The translations under genes were made by a program, and so were the position numbers. DNA of 64,000 nt, taken from positions 1,536,001-1,600,000 of the forward strand of contig OZ240245.1 in NCBI GenBank assembly GCA_965198175.1, read 5' to 3'. The stretch's first letter is position 1. Each line of letters starts with the position of its first letter. Below the pieces are notes generated by a model. That model was not told the DNA's origin. It saw only the letters and a list, made by a program, of their open reading frames with translations, and did not search any database. This DNA comes from Candidatus Poribacteria bacterium (GTDB lineage Bacteria > Poribacteria > WGA-4E > PCPOR2b). Shown here piece by piece: positions 10,511 to 21,099 of the stretch.

Positions 10511-11527
10511 GTGAAACCTGATGCGTATTACCAATCGCGTTTCAAGTTTCACGCTCTCGTCAGCTTTTTCCTCACCGTCAGTCTGGTATCTGCGACAAGC
10601 AGTTCCGCAGATGTCACATCTCCGCAGAGCCAAAGTCCAACCGATTATGTTGTTGCTGTGGTGAATGATTGGGCAATCACGTTGAGTGCGCTGGAGAATG
10701 AACTAATCATTAGAGAGATTCGAGATCCATCGGACAAGGTGAATCGATCGCGCTTGTTGAGAAATCTTATCGAACAAAAACTGTTGTTACAGGAGGCAGA
10801 CCGATGGGGAATACCCCTTGCACGCTGGAAGGAAAAGGTCAATGCAGAAATTGAAGATATCAAATCAAAATATCTCTCCGAGCCGCTATTCTTTGAGGAA
10901 CTCAAGGAAAGCGGACTAGAATATAAGGATTTGGAGGAGTGGATAAAGTCACGGTTAATCTTGAATGAGCTGATAGTCCGCCGATTCCATAGCAATATTG
11001 ACAAGGAGGTCATTGAGCAAGCGGCGATTCAATACTTCAAGCACAATCAGATCCTACAATTCCAATATATCATTGCACTCTCAAGACCTGAAGATTCGCT
11101 TGACCAACAAACCCAAACGAAGCAAACCGCGGAGAAGATTTATCTACGTTTACAGGCAGGTGAGAAGTTCGACGACATTCAACAGGCTTACAAAACCAAT
11201 CCCAATCTCAAGGTGGAATACCAGCCCCAAATCATTGCCGTTGACACGCAGTTGGGACGAACCATTGCAAAACTAGGGAATAATGAACTAAGCCACCCCA
11301 TTTTAACCCCTGAAGGCTACCTAATCTGCAGATTAATTGACCGTGAGTCGCCGCATTGGAAAACGGATGCAGCGCAGATCGAAGAGATAAAAATCACGAT
11401 GATTCAGAGGGAGGAGAGAACGCAAGTTGAGGCGTGGCTAAAAGAGCAGTGGGAAATGGGGGATATTCGTATCTTGGATGCCGAACTGGCACAAATACAG
11501 ACAACCGATTCCGAACCGATTAACTGA
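10511..11527 (+). CDS. SurA/PrsA-like periplasmic chaperone (PPIase-like)
   Basis: Signal-like hydrophobic N-terminus, VVAVVNDWAIT SurA_N motif, degenerate parvulin region (LSHPILTPEGY); start uncertain. Confidence 0.7.
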   Translation: MKPDAYYQSRFKFHALVSFFLTVSLVSATSSSADVTSPQSQSPTDYVVAVVNDWAITLSALENELIIREIRDPSDKVNRSRLLRNLIEQKLLLQEADRWGIPLARWKEKVNAEIEDIKSKYLSEPLFFEELKESGLEYKDLEEWIKSRLILNELIVRRFHSNIDKEVIEQAAIQYFKHNQILQFQYIIALSRPEDSLDQQTQTKQTAEKIYLRLQAGEKFDDIQQAYKTNPNLKVEYQPQIIAVDTQLGRTIAKLGNNELSHPILTPEGYLICRLIDRESPHWKTDAAQIEEIKITMIQREERTQVEAWLKEQWEMGDIRILDAELAQIQTTDSEPIN

Positions 11528-11534
11528 GCGGATA

Positions 11535-11649
11535 GATCAAGCGACTGGATAAGGAGCGCGATAGTTCTCAAGTCTTCACTAGTCTTAGGAGCTTGCCACC
11601 CCTTTTCGATCGGATTAATATGTGTAATTTTTAGTTGCATGACTATAAA
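11535..11649. repeat. dispersed intergenic repeat, copy 2
   Basis: Near-identical blocks to 7239-7380. Confidence 0.8.
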
Positions 11650-11700
11650 AACCCATGTAAGCGTCTATAAACACCATTACGCGAAAGGAAAATCAAGAAT

Positions 11701-12132
11701 ATGGTTTTAACATCTTTGAATAAACATAGACACATCGGGCTCTTAATTCTCCGTATCGGACTTGGGTGCATGTTCCTCTTTCACGGCGCCCCCAAGCTGT
11801 TTGGCGGCCCAGAGAAATGGGAACAGATCGGCATGGCGATGCAAACCCTTGGCATAGGGTTCATACCAACATTTTGGGGACTCATGGCTGCGGTTTCCGA
11901 GTTCATTGGAGGCGCCTGCCTAATCCTCGGTCTTTTTTTCAGACCGGCTTGCATCCTTTTAACGATAACAATGATGGTTGCCGCTATCAGACACCTGAGC
12001 CTAGGCGACGGTTTGGCGGGCGCGTCGCACGCCATCGAAGTTGGTATCGTTTTTCTGAGTTTCATCCTGATTGGGGCAGGCAAATATAGCCTTGATGAAA
12101 AACTGAACCCGCATCAAGGCACGGATAACTAA
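11701..12132 (+). CDS. DoxX family membrane protein
   Basis: GLLILRIGLG.MFLFHGAPK, EFIGG, GAGKYSLD. Confidence 0.9.
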   Translation: MVLTSLNKHRHIGLLILRIGLGCMFLFHGAPKLFGGPEKWEQIGMAMQTLGIGFIPTFWGLMAAVSEFIGGACLILGLFFRPACILLTITMMVAAIRHLSLGDGLAGASHAIEVGIVFLSFILIGAGKYSLDEKLNPHQGTDN

Positions 12133-12256
12133 TTCGTCGCTCACTTATCAGAGTGATAGAAAACAAAAGCATGGTTCCCCGTTAACTGACCATCACAAGT
12201 TGTGATTTATCCTCCCAAGTCTGAATCCATCATCCATCGTTTCAACGAAGACAGCG

Positions 12257-14185
12257 TCACCGGTTCTGTCGACGTTCTTGTCTGATAAGAAATCGTGTCA
12301 TCTCACGGGAATTTCTGAAACTATTGACACTAGCTTGATGTCCATATACAGCCGCCACATCCCATATTATCGTGCTATGAACGTAAATGACCTTAGGAAG
12401 CAGCGCTTGCAGGTCACTATTGTACTTATCCAATGCCAATAGCGCTTCTACACATTCCATAACCATTTCGCCGCCTTTATGCTCTCCACCGGCATGCAGT
12501 ATCATGCTGAATTCTTCTAACGACTCAATGACTATACCAGCCACAGGGCCTATGGCATTTAGACTCACGCGCAACTTCTCTAACAGCGCCTCAATCACAA
12601 ACGCTTCCGAATAGCCTGAACGACCGAGTAGCTTGACGCAATATTGAGCTAACTTCGCATCCTTCAATCCCTGATGAACCAGAATCTCAATCGCTTCTTG
12701 ATCCACTTGACCACTCTTGAGTAGCGCCATCGCTAAATACAAACCTATCTCAGAGTTAGATATTTCTCGAAATGCCTCCCTCAACTTTCGACTAGCGCGG
12801 GCGTTCTCCCGCGCATACTCTCCCCAAAGTTCAATGACACGCAAGCGGAGTTTTTCATCTGACAATAGATTTACCATGACATCATGCAGCAGGTGGTCCC
12901 AATAGTCGAATAACAATAAGCTCTCAACGGCACAAAATCGAACGTAATAGCTCTCATCGGGGTTCTCAACTGTGTGTAATAAAACGGCTTCGATATTCTC
13001 ATTGAACTGAAGATAAATTGCGCGTCCGAGACCTCTAATGGCAGCGATTTTTATCCTTTTGTCCGTTTGTCTGACTGATGTCTCCTTATCCACCATCGCG
13101 CCGGTAAAGATTCGCCAAGCAGTAGAATTTCCCTCCTTCAGATTTGCCAATGACAACAGCGCGGAAGCTCGGACTTCAGGTGCGCCATGTTGCGCCGCTT
13201 CCATAAGCGCATTCCAAACTATTCGCTGCATCTTCGGAAAGAACTCACGACGCTCGAGCCGTTCGAGGGAGGAATCATATGGGTGTCCCGTAAGCGCTTT
13301 AGCGGCTGCGGCTCGCGCCTTCACACTGCTATCGCTGCGCAACGTATCCAGCAACGCCACTGCGACATCGCTATTTTTACGAGAGTGCCACCCCAGAGCT
13401 AATGCACTCGTCTTGCGAAGTTCATAATCTTCATTGTGCAACCATTTAATTAACGGTTTCGTAGTACGTCCCCTCCAAACATGGCTGACGGCATTAACTA
13501 GCGAATGAGACGGTTGTGGCGCCCTCGCCATTTCTTCAAGCTGGGTTCTGACCGCCGGGTGGAGTTTATGATAGACCATGTGCTCTTTATCCGAAAGCCC
13601 ACTTGACGCGTACAACGCTTCTAACGCGTAATCCTGATACCGGCGGTCGGGGTGTTGAAGCATCTCCAAGTAGTATTTCCAGATTCTGTCGGTATGTTTG
13701 TCAAGTTTAGCCCATTTCAGCAAGGCTACGGCTGCGAAGCGCCGTAAATCGGGGTCTCGGTCTGATGCAACGATATCCTGAACCGCCCGCACGGTGCCGC
13801 GAGTCACGCCGTGTTTTCCGCCGCTAAAGGCTCCCAAGACGAGCAGCGACGTCCACCTCACCTGTTTATTCTTGTCACGTCGCAGTGCATCAACAATACG
13901 TGAGAGAGTTATATTTCCCTCCAACCGGTATAGTCTTCCTAAAGCCAAAATGGCGCGGCTACGGATTCCGGAATCTTCATGCCAAGTATCTTTGGTAATT
14001 TGGGTTCTAATATCGGCTAGGGCTTTTCCGCTCTGGCCGCTCTTAGTGGATTGTAACCGACGAACGCTGGGTCTATGAGTTTGCGCATTGACATGGGTGC
14101 TGAATACAAACAACATCAGTGTCAACAAAAATATCCAGTGCCAGCCGTAAGAATGAACCGCAGGACAACCCTTTCTTTTCATCAT
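12257..14185 (-). CDS. HEAT-repeat protein with predicted signal peptide
   Basis: Repeated D..VR..A..ALG units; hydrophobic N-terminal segment ending VNA-Q; ORF may extend to 14224. Confidence 0.75.
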   Translation of the reverse strand: MMKRKGCPAVHSYGWHWIFLLTLMLFVFSTHVNAQTHRPSVRRLQSTKSGQSGKALADIRTQITKDTWHEDSGIRSRAILALGRLYRLEGNITLSRIVDALRRDKNKQVRWTSLLVLGAFSGGKHGVTRGTVRAVQDIVASDRDPDLRRFAAVALLKWAKLDKHTDRIWKYYLEMLQHPDRRYQDYALEALYASSGLSDKEHMVYHKLHPAVRTQLEEMARAPQPSHSLVNAVSHVWRGRTTKPLIKWLHNEDYELRKTSALALGWHSRKNSDVAVALLDTLRSDSSVKARAAAAKALTGHPYDSSLERLERREFFPKMQRIVWNALMEAAQHGAPEVRASALLSLANLKEGNSTAWRIFTGAMVDKETSVRQTDKRIKIAAIRGLGRAIYLQFNENIEAVLLHTVENPDESYYVRFCAVESLLLFDYWDHLLHDVMVNLLSDEKLRLRVIELWGEYARENARASRKLREAFREISNSEIGLYLAMALLKSGQVDQEAIEILVHQGLKDAKLAQYCVKLLGRSGYSEAFVIEALLEKLRVSLNAIGPVAGIVIESLEEFSMILHAGGEHKGGEMVMECVEALLALDKYNSDLQALLPKVIYVHSTIIWDVAAVYGHQASVNSFRNSREMTRFLIRQERRQNR

Positions 14186-14664
14186 TATCACACCATCCTT
14201 TCCCAATTTATACGTGAAATACACACCAGATGCGACCTAAAGCCGCCAAATCCTGCCAGACAGAATAGTTCCGATGTATAAGCAGAAACAAGGCAACTTC
14301 TTTTGCCTTCAATTTTATAAAATACACTTGTGAAACCAAAATCGGGCACTTCGAAATGGTCTACTCGCAAATGATATGCCATAACGAATAATACCCTGTG
14401 CTTACCCTCATTGCTAGAGAAAATGAACGAATAACTGGTTGTTTGTCAGGCGCATATCAAGGGGCCCTGTAGCGATTTTGCTACAGGGCGATACTAGAAT
14501 GATACGCGATTCAAGTCTAGCAGTTGACATTGTCCCAAGAAGACTGATAGTGACGTCGCCCTTGTTCAGCGGGCACAGGCGGCTGAGGTAGAGATGTTGA
14601 ATTCAGCTTACCTTTGTGCTATAATAGTGCCTGCTCGTGACAATACCTCTGAGGGAGAAAAAGT

Positions 14665-16095
14665 TTGTTGACAATGCATCATTTTTATGGCAATCGATCT
14701 CGGACGGACAGTATTATCCTGGTGTTAATCTGCATCTCGATTGCACAACTCGGTTGGAGCCAATCGAAATCGGATCTACACAACAGTGTTTCAAACTCCC
14801 GAAGGAGTGCGATTGTCAGCGCTGTTGAGGACGCAAGCCCCGCGGTCGTTAACATTAGCACGTTTAGAGAGGTGGTTGAGTTAGTCCGTCGGGACAATTT
14901 CTGGTCACCACTCTTTGATTCCCCTTTTCTGTATTGGCAGCGGAAGGAGCGGCGCGGACTTGGGTCGGGCGTAATCTTTGATCGGCAGGGATACGTATTA
15001 ACCAATCAACATGTGATTGAGGGCGCCGAAACATCGAAAGTAATTCTTTCAGACGGACACGAGTATGAGGCAAAAATTATCGGCGAGGATTTTCTTTCCG
15101 ATCTGGCTGTGCTAAAAATTGATGCGACAGAGCTGCCTGAGATTAAGCAGGGGAATTCGGATGATTTGATGATTGGCGAATGGGCAATTGCAATTGGCCA
15201 CCCTTTTGCGTTGGCTGTCGGTAATCCCAAACCGACGGTCACCATCGGCGTCATCAGTGCGACAGACCGTGTCCTGAAAACCGAGAATCGACTCTATCAT
15301 AATCTCATTCAGACTGATGCTTCGATAAACCCTGGAAACAGTGGCGGACCACTCGTTAATCTCTACGGAGAGCTAATTGGCATCAACACAGCAATCTATT
15401 CAACGAGCGGAGGTTCACAGGGCATTGGCTTCGCGATTCCGGTAAATGTTGCCAAGCAGATTGTCGGTCATCTCGTGGCGTATGGTTCGGTCATTCCGCC
15501 GTACCTTGGAATCAGCGTGCAAAGTTTGACAGAGGAACTCGCGGAAGACTTAGGATTGGAAGGAAGCATCGGCGTATTAGTCAGTGCGGTGGATGAAGGC
15601 AGCCCCGCAGAAGAGGCGGGGCTTAAACGCGGAGATGTCATTGAGGCAATCAATCAGCAACTAATCCTCAACGAAGAGGAGAGATATCTATCAATCACCC
15701 GTTTACTGAATAAAGATCAGGCGGTTACTTTTCAGACGTTTCGTAAAGGAAAGCGGGAAAATCTGCGTTTGAAAATTCGGGAACTTCAGTGGAAATACAC
15801 AATGCCAGGTTGGGGAATCACTGTTGAACAATTGGATCGGAAAACGGGACGGAAATATCGTCAGCGGGGTGTTGTTGTTTCAAAGATAAATCGGCGTAGC
15901 ACCCTAGCGAAACTCGGATTGCGGCGTGGCGATCTCATTTATCAAATTAGCAGTAGAATTAGCAATAGCACGATCAGGTCGGTTGAAGATTTTAAACTCG
16001 TGACTAATGAGTTGAGACAGGACCAACGGATTGCACTTTACTTTGAACGGGACGGCAAGGAATTAATCTTGCGTGATTTGATTTTTCAACGCTAG
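14665..16095 (+). CDS. degP: DegP/HtrA serine protease with two PDZ domains
   Basis: GLGSGVI, TNQHV, QTDASINPGNSGGPL, PDZ motifs. Confidence 0.9.
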   Translation: MLTMHHFYGNRSRTDSIILVLICISIAQLGWSQSKSDLHNSVSNSRRSAIVSAVEDASPAVVNISTFREVVELVRRDNFWSPLFDSPFLYWQRKERRGLGSGVIFDRQGYVLTNQHVIEGAETSKVILSDGHEYEAKIIGEDFLSDLAVLKIDATELPEIKQGNSDDLMIGEWAIAIGHPFALAVGNPKPTVTIGVISATDRVLKTENRLYHNLIQTDASINPGNSGGPLVNLYGELIGINTAIYSTSGGSQGIGFAIPVNVAKQIVGHLVAYGSVIPPYLGISVQSLTEELAEDLGLEGSIGVLVSAVDEGSPAEEAGLKRGDVIEAINQQLILNEEERYLSITRLLNKDQAVTFQTFRKGKRENLRLKIRELQWKYTMPGWGITVEQLDRKTGRKYRQRGVVVSKINRRSTLAKLGLRRGDLIYQISSRISNSTIRSVEDFKLVTNELRQDQRIALYFERDGKELILRDLIFQR

Positions 16096-16200
16096 AGTGC
16101 AAAGCCGCAGGACAAACCGGAAATTTCGCAACTGAATTGCCTATCAGGTGTTTGTAGAGACAACCAAACACCAATTCAAAAGAAGTGAGGTGGAACGGAA

Positions 16201-16920
16201 ATGCGCTTACAGCTTCCAACAATCATCTGTGTGTGTTTATCACTCGCTATCTTGATTACGCTTATGGTTTTTATGAAAGCGAATGAGGATGGGATGGATC
16301 GCGGAGCCGTAAATTTGGAAAGTGAAGAGTTTAAAATGGCGCGTGATCACGCGTCGGACGCGTACAATGCAAAAAAATATGTGCAAGCGATAGAACTTTA
16401 TAAAGGGGCTATGCGCATGCGCCCCGAAAACGCATACGTGCATAACGATCTCGGCGCAACTTATTATGAATATGGTCTTGCGCATGCTGGGCCCAATTGG
16501 CCCTCTTGGGACAGCGATTTGTCAGGTAGAACATTGGAGGAAGCGCTTCGGGAACTTCAAACAGCCATTTCGCAAACAGGCTCTGGTTATATTGTTTTGA
16601 GAACTGATTCCCCAGAAGTTACCAAAGCAATTCAAGAAAAAGCCAGATCGGCAGGGGCGCATTTCAATACGGATACATTCGAAAATAACGCAACCATTAA
16701 CATCCTCGTTGGGAAAACGAAAGAGTTTTTCTTGAAAGCACGGTCAGCCTATATTCAGGCAATCGATATAAAACCGACTTATCCCAAACCTTATGTTAAC
16801 CTTGGTGCCTTGTACATGAAAATTGGTCAACGTAACATCGCCGTTGATTATCTAGAAAATGCTTATCGCTTGGATCCGAGGGATAAGGAACTTGAGGAAT
16901 ATCTCAATCAGCTTCGATGA
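16201..16920 (+). CDS. membrane-anchored TPR protein
   Basis: N-terminal TM helix; YVHNDLGATY and PYVNLGALY TPR helices. Confidence 0.75.
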   Translation: MRLQLPTIICVCLSLAILITLMVFMKANEDGMDRGAVNLESEEFKMARDHASDAYNAKKYVQAIELYKGAMRMRPENAYVHNDLGATYYEYGLAHAGPNWPSWDSDLSGRTLEEALRELQTAISQTGSGYIVLRTDSPEVTKAIQEKARSAGAHFNTDTFENNATINILVGKTKEFFLKARSAYIQAIDIKPTYPKPYVNLGALYMKIGQRNIAVDYLENAYRLDPRDKELEEYLNQLR

Positions 16921-16942
16921 TTGCCCAAGGCAGTGCAGGTTA

Positions 16943-17719
16943 ATGAAATCTGAACAACACATCAAGCTCCAACCAATGACAGTCGTAGAGATTGTTTCTT
17001 GGAGCCTCCGTTTTTATCGAGAGAATTTCCGCAAACTAATTGTTCTCGTTGTCCCCGGCTTTGCCGGTTGGCTAATTATTTTCTTGTTTGTTTTCCGATA
17101 TGATGCCATAGGTTCACCGACAGGCACGCACGAATTATATGTGGCGTTATCTCTCTTTGTTTTCCTCTTTTTGTCGGCAGTTGTCGCAGCAGAGGGAACC
17201 ATCGCGATTTCGGGACAACTTGTGGCGAAAGAAATGAGCGCGGGTAAAGCTTGCATGCGTGTCCTAGATGTCGGTTTCCCGCTGCTCGGTACATTAACGC
17301 TTTCCACAATCGTCATCACGATTGGCTTAAGGCTCTTCCTGATACCGGGCATAATCGCTTATGTCTGGTTCTGCTTGGCACCGCCCGTTGTGATGATTGA
17401 GGGGGAAGGTGGTTTGGGTGCACTAAAGCGGGGCCGTGCCATTGTCAAAGACTACTTCAGTAAAACATTCCTTATCGTTGTTCCAGTAGCCATCATTGAA
17501 ATTCTCTTAGCGTGGATCATCCTTTTTTTGCCGAATCTCTTCGGCAACCTTTCCTATCTTAATCATCTGCTTTTATCAACTGTTTTCACCATTCTGTTAC
17601 TTCTGGCTGCCCCCTTAAAAATCGCAGCAACGACGATGCTCTACTACGACCTGCGTGTTCGTAAAGAAGGGTACGATTTACAGTCTCTAGCAGAAGAACT
17701 CGCCGAATTACCTTTCTAG
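16943..17719 (+). CDS. integral membrane protein (about 6 TM; GPDPase membrane-domain-like)
   Basis: LQPMTVVEI N-terminus, LYYDLRVRKEGYDL C-terminal motif. Confidence 0.7.
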   Translation: MKSEQHIKLQPMTVVEIVSWSLRFYRENFRKLIVLVVPGFAGWLIIFLFVFRYDAIGSPTGTHELYVALSLFVFLFLSAVVAAEGTIAISGQLVAKEMSAGKACMRVLDVGFPLLGTLTLSTIVITIGLRLFLIPGIIAYVWFCLAPPVVMIEGEGGLGALKRGRAIVKDYFSKTFLIVVPVAIIEILLAWIILFLPNLFGNLSYLNHLLLSTVFTILLLLAAPLKIAATTMLYYDLRVRKEGYDLQSLAEELAELPF

Positions 17720-18669
17720 CCCATGGCCTCCTTCTGATACCATTTCCACAGCTTGGCTAACCCATCTGCAACAGCGGTTTGAGGGTTGTAAGCCAATAAA
17801 CGACGCGCTTGGTTGATGTTGGCAAAGGTGTTTTTCGGCTCGCTCGCTGGTGCGGAAGGTGTGGAAAGGAGGGCTTTGCGACCGACAAGCATTTCGACGA
17901 TTTTCACGAAATCTATCATGAGCACGGGTTCGCCCCGTCCAAGGTTGATGATTTGGTAGCCTAGTGGCTTGTCGAGAGCAGACACCACACCTGCAACAAT
18001 GTCGTCTATATACGTCCAATCTCGCCGCATTTGACCCGCATCGAATAGAGCGATTTCCCGTTGGTTCACAATGCAATCAGTAACCATAAAGGGCATCATA
18101 TCGGGGCGTCCACGAGGACCGTAGACGCTGAAGAAGCGCAGCGCCGTGAAATTGAGTTGGTGCAGGTGATGGTAAGTGTAACCCATGACTTCAACTGCTT
18201 TTTTGCTGGCAGGGTAGGGCGCCAAAGGGTGATTGCAGGGATCGGTTTCAATGAACGGCAGTTGTTCTGTTTCACCGTATACGGAGGAGGTAGAAGCAAA
18301 GACGAAGTTTCCAACGTCATTGTGTCGGGCTGCTTCCAACAGGTTGATAGACCCTACAATGTTAACATCGGCGTAAAGTTTTGCGCGTCCAATCGAATAG
18401 CGCACAGCCCCATAGCCAGCGAGATGTGCCACTGCTTCTGGTTTATGTTCGGCAAAGATACGGTTGATGGCTTCCCGATCTCGGATATCTTCCTCGTACA
18501 CGATGCAGTGAGGGTGATCGCGTAAACAGGCTACGTTCGCATGTTTGTGGCTCGGATTGTAATAATCGTTAAAGCTATCCAGGGCAATGACGTCATCGTC
18601 GCAAGCCAACAACGCATCGCAGAGATGGGAGCCGATGAAACCGGCAGCACCGGTGACGACGATTTTCAA
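17716..18669 (-). CDS. NAD-dependent nucleotide-sugar epimerase (UDP-glucuronate 4-epimerase-like)
   Basis: VTGAAGFIGSH, ASTSSVYG, YPASK, RFFSVYGPRGRPDM; GGAGG RBS before TTG 18669. Confidence 0.9.
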   Translation of the reverse strand: MKIVVTGAAGFIGSHLCDALLACDDDVIALDSFNDYYNPSHKHANVACLRDHPHCIVYEEDIRDREAINRIFAEHKPEAVAHLAGYGAVRYSIGRAKLYADVNIVGSINLLEAARHNDVGNFVFASTSSVYGETEQLPFIETDPCNHPLAPYPASKKAVEVMGYTYHHLHQLNFTALRFFSVYGPRGRPDMMPFMVTDCIVNQREIALFDAGQMRRDWTYIDDIVAGVVSALDKPLGYQIINLGRGEPVLMIDFVKIVEMLVGRKALLSTPSAPASEPKNTFANINQARRLLAYNPQTAVADGLAKLWKWYQKEAMG

Positions 18670-18727
18670 GTGGAACCTCCAGATTAAACGCAACGTGCGA
18701 TAGAAATGTTGCTTAGTCGTACAACAA

Positions 18728-19765
18728 TTATTCTATAATTTCGGCACGAATGGTGTGATAGCCAACAGCACCGGCAGGTTCTACATCAAAGCCAGTTTCC
18801 CGCTGGATTAACCCATCATTAGCAGTTGCTCTGGCGTAAATCTCAATTTCTCCCCAATTCTTTGGCACTTGCCACGTATATTTCCAAAGATACCATGCCA
18901 GCGGTGAGTCACTTGCCCAAATTTCCGCCTCTTCCCACGTGTTACCGGCATCAAAGCTTACCTCAACACTCCTGATTCCGTTATGATTTCCACTATCAAA
19001 TGCGGCGCCACTAATCGTGTATGTCGTCCCGCCTTGGATTTTCTCGCCCTCGGTAGGCGTACCAATTAGAGTTGCTAATTTGACGCGCGCAATCGGGTCC
19101 CATCCCCGTTTTTCCCAATACCCCTCGTGCTCTTCTGCAAGAATAATATTGACAATCCATTTGGGATTTTTAGTGCCGTAGTGACCGGGATTGAGTAGGC
19201 GAACAGGAAAACCGTGATCTTGAGGGAGAACCTCTCCGTTCATTTTGTACACTAAAAGCGTTTCCTCACGTAGTGCACGGTCGATGGGAACAGCTGTATG
19301 GTAGCCGTCAGCACAACGGAACACAACTACCTTTGCTTCCTTCTTGACCCCTACTTTCTGAAGAACATCGGCTAGCGGTACACCAGTCCACATAGTATTA
19401 CTCATCTGTTCGACTCCGATTAAATCGCCGATACACTTGAGTGTCCGCATCGTCGTTACGGATGTCATGCGCGTGATATCTTCATACCTTAAAATACTTT
19501 GTTTTTTCACTAAACCTGTGATCCTCAATCGCCAGTGCGCTGACTTGATGAGCGGCGGTTGACGGATTTGAAGAACGTAAAATTCATCAGTTGGAGTTAT
19601 CATTGAAGACGGTATAAGGCTGTTTGTTCCAAGCTTTGCCTCTGGACTCTCCGCAAAATGCTGCGGGGGAGGAGAAACGGTGTTTACCGCATTGAGATAA
19701 CGAAACGGCAGCGTCGTGCCTGCGGCGCTCATAATAGTCATCTTGATAAATTTTCTGCGTTTCAT
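18728..19765 (-). CDS. Tat-exported molybdopterin oxidoreductase, sulfite oxidase family
   Basis: MKRRKFIK twin-arginine signal, Mo-ligand Cys (TLKCIG), HGFPVRL..PG.YG.K..KW, C-terminal Ig-like domain. Confidence 0.85.
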   Translation of the reverse strand: MKRRKFIKMTIMSAAGTTLPFRYLNAVNTVSPPPQHFAESPEAKLGTNSLIPSSMITPTDEFYVLQIRQPPLIKSAHWRLRITGLVKKQSILRYEDITRMTSVTTMRTLKCIGDLIGVEQMSNTMWTGVPLADVLQKVGVKKEAKVVVFRCADGYHTAVPIDRALREETLLVYKMNGEVLPQDHGFPVRLLNPGHYGTKNPKWIVNIILAEEHEGYWEKRGWDPIARVKLATLIGTPTEGEKIQGGTTYTISGAAFDSGNHNGIRSVEVSFDAGNTWEEAEIWASDSPLAWYLWKYTWQVPKNWGEIEIYARATANDGLIQRETGFDVEPAGAVGYHTIRAEIIE

Positions 19766-19971
19766 AGTTTATTCCGTGATGTCAGACAGAGCTAAAAACG
19801 TGTCCCTTAGCGGGTGATTTGTCCCATGACTGACGGATATAGGGTGCAGGGAGTATTTTGCTGTCCGTTGGTTACAGTGTACAAATGAGGGGAATGAGAT
19901 ACATGTTATCGGCGTAATGCTCGTAATGCCCAGTGACTCCCTTCTTGCTTCAATTGCTGCCTTTATTCTTA

Positions 19972-20763
19972 TTACCATCCAATGAGTTTCAGATACCAGT
20001 CCCAAATTGTGCATCCCCAAAGCAAATCTAGCGCCGCGCCGAGTGCGAGAAATGGACCATAGGGAATCGGACTTTGCGGACCCTCCTTCGCACCGAAAAT
20101 AATTAGCGTCACGCCAACGATTGACCCGATAAGAGCTGAAGACGTAATCACAAGAAGCAGATGTGGCCACGCCCCAAGAAACAGTCCAATCAGTCCCATC
20201 AATTTGATGTCCCCCATCCCCATCGCCCGCTTGCGAAAAATTATGCTTCCCAAAGCCCCAATAAGCGCTGTCACGACGCTGCCCGCTACCGCTCCAATCA
20301 GATGTTCAATGAAAAATTCGCCATCTTGCTGTATAAACGAAATGGAACTTATAATTGCCAAGCCTGCAATGAGTCCAGCAAAGATAATTGTGTTCGGAAT
20401 AATATACCATCGTGCATCAATCCAAGCAATTGGAACAAGCAAGATGACGAGCAGACAGCCGTGCAGCAATTGAAGCGAAATGCCGAACCGATAAAACATC
20501 AGGACAAAAAGGCTGCCGGTAATCAGTTCGACTAAGGGGTAGATGATTGATATTTTCGATCCACAAGCCCTACAATGTCCTTGCAGAAGAAGATAGCTCA
20601 ACACTGGAACATTATCGTAGGCTCGAATCGGGGTCTGACACCCGGGGCAAAACGACCTCTGGGGGACATGAATGGAAAGTCCTTCACGCGGTATCCGATA
20701 GATGCACACGTTCAGGAAGCTCCCGGTTACTAACCCGAGCACGAAGATTAGGGCAACAGCCAT
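19972..20763 (-). CDS. pilD: prepilin peptidase
   Basis: GSFLNVCIYR, two CxxC pairs, IDARW, GMGDIKL, IPYGPFL. Confidence 0.92.
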   Translation of the reverse strand: MAVALIFVLGLVTGSFLNVCIYRIPREGLSIHVPQRSFCPGCQTPIRAYDNVPVLSYLLLQGHCRACGSKISIIYPLVELITGSLFVLMFYRFGISLQLLHGCLLVILLVPIAWIDARWYIIPNTIIFAGLIAGLAIISSISFIQQDGEFFIEHLIGAVAGSVVTALIGALGSIIFRKRAMGMGDIKLMGLIGLFLGAWPHLLLVITSSALIGSIVGVTLIIFGAKEGPQSPIPYGPFLALGAALDLLWGCTIWDWYLKLIGW

Positions 20764-20971
20764 AGAATACTCTCATGCAAATTCACGACATGAGTGCTTC
20801 AAATGAGAAAACCTCAATTTAGGGGGTAGCTTGCAACTATTCATTATTTAGATTATACCATTACATCTAAAGAAATGCGAACTTCTTTCAGGCAATCTCG
20901 ATATTGTCCAAATCAGTGGGTATACGATACGCAGAAAACCATCAGCGTTTTCAATGTTTTCATTTTTTCCC

Positions 20972-21000
20972 TTGACAGTCAAAGGGATGAATGCTAATAT
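20972..21000 (+). promoter_or_regulatory. promoter of tRNA-Pro
   Basis: TTGACA-17 nt-TAATAT with TG extension. Confidence 0.6.
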
Positions 21001-21025
21001 TTATAAGCATTTTATGGTATTTGGT

Positions 21026-21099
21026 CGGGGCGTGGCGCAGCCCGGAAGCGCGCTTGAATGGGGTTCAAGAGGTCGCTGGTTCAAATCCAGTCGCCCCGA
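21026..21099 (+). tRNA. tRNA-Pro(GGG)
   Basis: CGGGGCG acceptor stem, CTTGA/TCAAG anticodon stem with GGG, GGTTCAAATCC T arm. Confidence 0.95.

Noticed and set aside
19769..20170. 133-aa minus-strand ORF between the sulfite-oxidase-family gene and pilD
   Set aside because: Overlaps pilD in another frame and has no protein-like motifs.
21026..21099. tRNA-Pro as an integration site
   Set aside because: No integrase nearby and no duplicated tRNA 3' end noticed; housekeeping genes flank it.
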